From a candidate division WOR-3 bacterium (GTDB lineage Bacteria > Hydrothermota > Tepidihabitantia > SM23-42), in assembly GCA_014859085.1 (NCBI GenBank), contig JACUUY010000003.1, forward strand, positions 1 to 51,199: a DNA stretch of 51,199 nucleotides. The letters run 5' to 3'. Position numbers and translations under genes: made by a program. The notes beneath the pieces were generated by a model. That model did no database searches. It saw only the letters and a program-made list of their open reading frames with translations, and was not told the origin of the DNA. Shown here piece by piece: positions 49,030 through 51,199 of the stretch (its first letter is position 1; the number at the start of each line of letters is the position of its first letter).

Positions 49030-49804
49030 ACGGCTAAAGATCCTGACCCTCCTCGAAGAGGGCAAGATCAACGCACAAGAGGCCGAGCGGCTGCTCGAAG
49101 CGATCTCCGGCTCCGGGTCGGCCGAAAAAGGAGGCCGGCACAAGATATGGACTTCGCTCGAAGGATTGCCAAGGGTGATCAGCGTCGCGCTTGGCGACGC
49201 TTTTTCCGAAACGGCTGAAGCCGCATCCCAGGAATATCCGGGCAAGAAGGTGATCGTCTTCAAGGGAATCAGCGGCGATCTGGAAGTCCGGGGCACGGAC
49301 CGGGAAAACATCCTGATCGAGAAGGACGGTTTTGCCAGGATCAAAGAGCACGGCGATTCGATCGCCATAAAAGCGCTGAGCGGCAACGTGAAGATCGCCG
49401 CACCGAAGAAGATAGACCTCGTCATTGCCGGTGTCTCCGGCGATATCAGTCTGGCGAACGTCAATGGCGCCATAGATATCGAATCCGTATCCGGCGACGT
49501 GACCGGCAAGGATCTATCAGGCTCGCTCAAAGGCGAGATCGTTTCGGGCGATATCGATCTTGACTACGAGACCGTGGATAAGCTGAAGATCAAATCCAAG
49601 AACGGCAACGTGATCCTGCGGCTCGACGAGAAGATCGAAGCCGAGGTCGAGATCGAAACCGAGGACGGCACGGCCACCTGCGACTTCACCCTGATCGACC
49701 GCAAAAAAGAAGGCGATAAATTATGCGGCATCGTAAATAAGGCAGGCGCCAAGATCAAGATCGCCAGCGCGCACGGCGACGTTGAAATAAAGAAGCGACA
49801 GTAA
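49022..49804 (+). CDS. SHOCT-like plus DUF4097 beta-strand repeat protein (YvlB/LiaX-like)
   Basis: ERLKILTLLEEGKINAQEAERLL followed by repeated [IV]SGD[ILV] strands. Confidence 0.85.
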   Translation: MNERLKILTLLEEGKINAQEAERLLEAISGSGSAEKGGRHKIWTSLEGLPRVISVALGDAFSETAEAASQEYPGKKVIVFKGISGDLEVRGTDRENILIEKDGFARIKEHGDSIAIKALSGNVKIAAPKKIDLVIAGVSGDISLANVNGAIDIESVSGDVTGKDLSGSLKGEIVSGDIDLDYETVDKLKIKSKNGNVILRLDEKIEAEVEIETEDGTATCDFTLIDRKKEGDKLCGIVNKAGAKIKIASAHGDVEIKKRQ

Positions 49805-49839
49805 GATACCAACCCGGGCCCGGGCTGATCATGAAAAGA

Positions 49840-49871
49840 GATTCTTGATGCTGGATACTTGATACTGGATA
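49840..49871. repeat. Heptamer array, (TGGATAC)n family; inverted partner at 50735-50776
   Basis: gattct tgatgct ggatact tgatact ggata. Confidence 0.8.
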
Positions 49872-49909
49872 TAAGAGTAGTTTTTCGTCAGGGCGCGCTG
49901 CTACCCGAT

Positions 49910-50494
49910 CTATTGGGATGTGCTGCTTTGATTCGTGCCTTTTGGTTTGAACCAGGGGATGAACAACGGGTGCCTGGTTCTTACACCGTACAGGGGCATG
50001 ACTTTCTGCGCAATGAGTTCCCGGTTCACCAAAAGCACGACGAAGAATAATGACTGAACAGCGTACCGGTTGATCCCGAACCCCCGGACAATTCCGTTGA
50101 TGTCCCCTCCGTAAATGAAGGGACCGATCGAGAGATTGAAAGCATCGACCAGCAAGAAGATGATCGTCGCGTAATAACCCAGCGTTCTCATCGAGAAGTG
50201 CGGCAACGAGCGTATCCTGTTCCTGGAGATGAACAGCACATAGCCGATCAAGATGGTGACCATGTTGCTCGTGCCCGAGATGAAACCCCACGCCACGCCC
50301 TGCCGAGCGGCCGGCTCGGTTTTGAATATTACCTCCAATCCATAGGGATGGACCACAAACCACTGGTATTCGTCGAATGCCAGGGCGACAAGCACGTGCA
50401 GGCTTTCGTGGATGACGGCGAATATCACGATCGCCACGATGAAGCAAAGATACTTCAAAAACGTCTGCCGCCGGCCAGCCATATTCTCCATCAT
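49910..50494 (-). CDS. Membrane protein with HExxH motif (M50-like zinc metalloprotease candidate)
   Basis: 4-5 TM, IHESLH at the end of TM1, later GGD. Start at ATG 50494. Confidence 0.65.
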   Translation of the reverse strand: MMENMAGRRQTFLKYLCFIVAIVIFAVIHESLHVLVALAFDEYQWFVVHPYGLEVIFKTEPAARQGVAWGFISGTSNMVTILIGYVLFISRNRIRSLPHFSMRTLGYYATIIFLLVDAFNLSIGPFIYGGDINGIVRGFGINRYAVQSLFFVVLLVNRELIAQKVMPLYGVRTRHPLFIPWFKPKGTNQSSTSQ

Positions 50495-50500
50495 GGACGG

Positions 50501-50529
50501 ATTATACCCGTAACCATCTACTCCGTCAA
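50501..50529 (-). promoter_or_regulatory. Sigma70 promoter, predicted leaderless
   Basis: TTGACG(50529-50524)-N17-TATAAT(50506-50501), ATG 6 nt downstream. Confidence 0.7.
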
Positions 50530-50564
50530 TGCGCTGCAAGACGCTACCCAAGAACATTCAAAAT

Positions 50565-50942
50565 CCTAAATACCTAAATGACTAAATACCTAAACCGGCG
50601 CCGCGATCATATGTTCTGGCAGGTGCCGGATTTCTCAACCTTTTATCTTCTTGAAAGAACACGCAGGTTGGTTTGTTCCACAGGATACAGATAGTCTGGA
50701 TTCTCCGGCTAAACCGGAGAATGACCGTGCTCTAATCCAGCATCGAGAATCTAGGATCGAGTATCCAGTATCAAGTTGCGATATTCGGATTTCGTATTTG
50801 TCCCGTTCCGGCACTGCCAGAACGAGGTCCGACGACTCTCGTAGAGTCGCCGAGACTCTACGGAGATTCTCGCAAATTCGTACAAATCAAAGATTTGTGA
50901 ATTTGCGGAATTTCGTATTTCATGCTTCGGATTTCGAATTTG
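50565..50942. repeat. Composite intergenic region of short tandem arrays and hairpins
   Basis: 8-mer CCTAAATA-like x4 (50565-50596); hairpins at 50700-50722, 50833-50861 and 50871-50907; heptamer arrays at 50735-50776, 50785-50800 and 50906-50942. Confidence 0.75.
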
Positions 50943-51028
50943 TTGTATGGGGCATACCTTCAGGTCTTTGAAAAGTCAACAAAGTATGGCCCCTGGACGG
51001 AATCTACGACCGGTTGGTCTGTTGAGTA

Positions 51029-51056
51029 TTGACGGGGCACGGTTTCTGTATATAAT
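51029..51056 (+). promoter_or_regulatory. Sigma70 promoter firing out of the window
   Basis: TTGACG(51029-51034)-N16-TATAAT(51051-51056). Confidence 0.65.
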
Positions 51057-51199
51057 AAGCAATTAAGTCGGCGAGCAACAAGACCAGGGCTGCCTCTAAC
51101 AGCACGGCCAGGGCAGATTTCTGCTGTGGCAATATCCCATTTCACCTACGTCTTTCATCAAAATAAAATCTAACCCAAGGTGATGTGGTGTTTTTGAGG

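Overview
Chromosomal segment (roughly 55-60% GC by eye) of an anaerobic diderm bacterium. Gene content and the style of the C-terminal sorting domains suggest WOR-3 or a related FCB-adjacent lineage (inference). Contents: the 3' part of a DnaE-type polymerase; an EamA transporter that appears to start at ATT; an 18-gene, ~14.5 kb minus-strand operon for a group 4 membrane-bound [NiFe]-hydrogenase with a full Mrp Na+/H+ module, three antiporter-like subunits and an unusual electron-input arm (AsrA/HydB-like, AsrB/HydG-like, a catalytically degenerate Fdh/NuoG-like subunit and a HycB-like ferredoxin); hycI; hypA/B/F/C; queA; a GT2 and a GT-C glycosyltransferase; several secreted proteins with T9SS-like C-terminal domains; cobB; tamA-tamB; an M29 aminopeptidase; rpsL-rpsG without fusA; asnS; a serpin; and a DUF2089/SHOCT/DUF4097 trio. 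Best new signals: (1) a secreted repeat protein interrupted by one in-frame Cys-TGA followed by a bacterial SECIS-like hairpin (candidate new selenoprotein, 32307-33593); (2) the probable NAD(P)H-linked, complex I-like hydrogenase; (3) 13 near-consensus sigma70 promoters, 12 with a 16-bp spacer, 8 of them predicting leaderless mRNAs; (4) period-7 intergenic arrays, one interrupted by a 170-bp MITE, and a 31-bp direct repeat bracketing the serpin. No rRNA, tRNA, CRISPR array or intact transposase was seen. All family calls come from motif recognition, not database searches.
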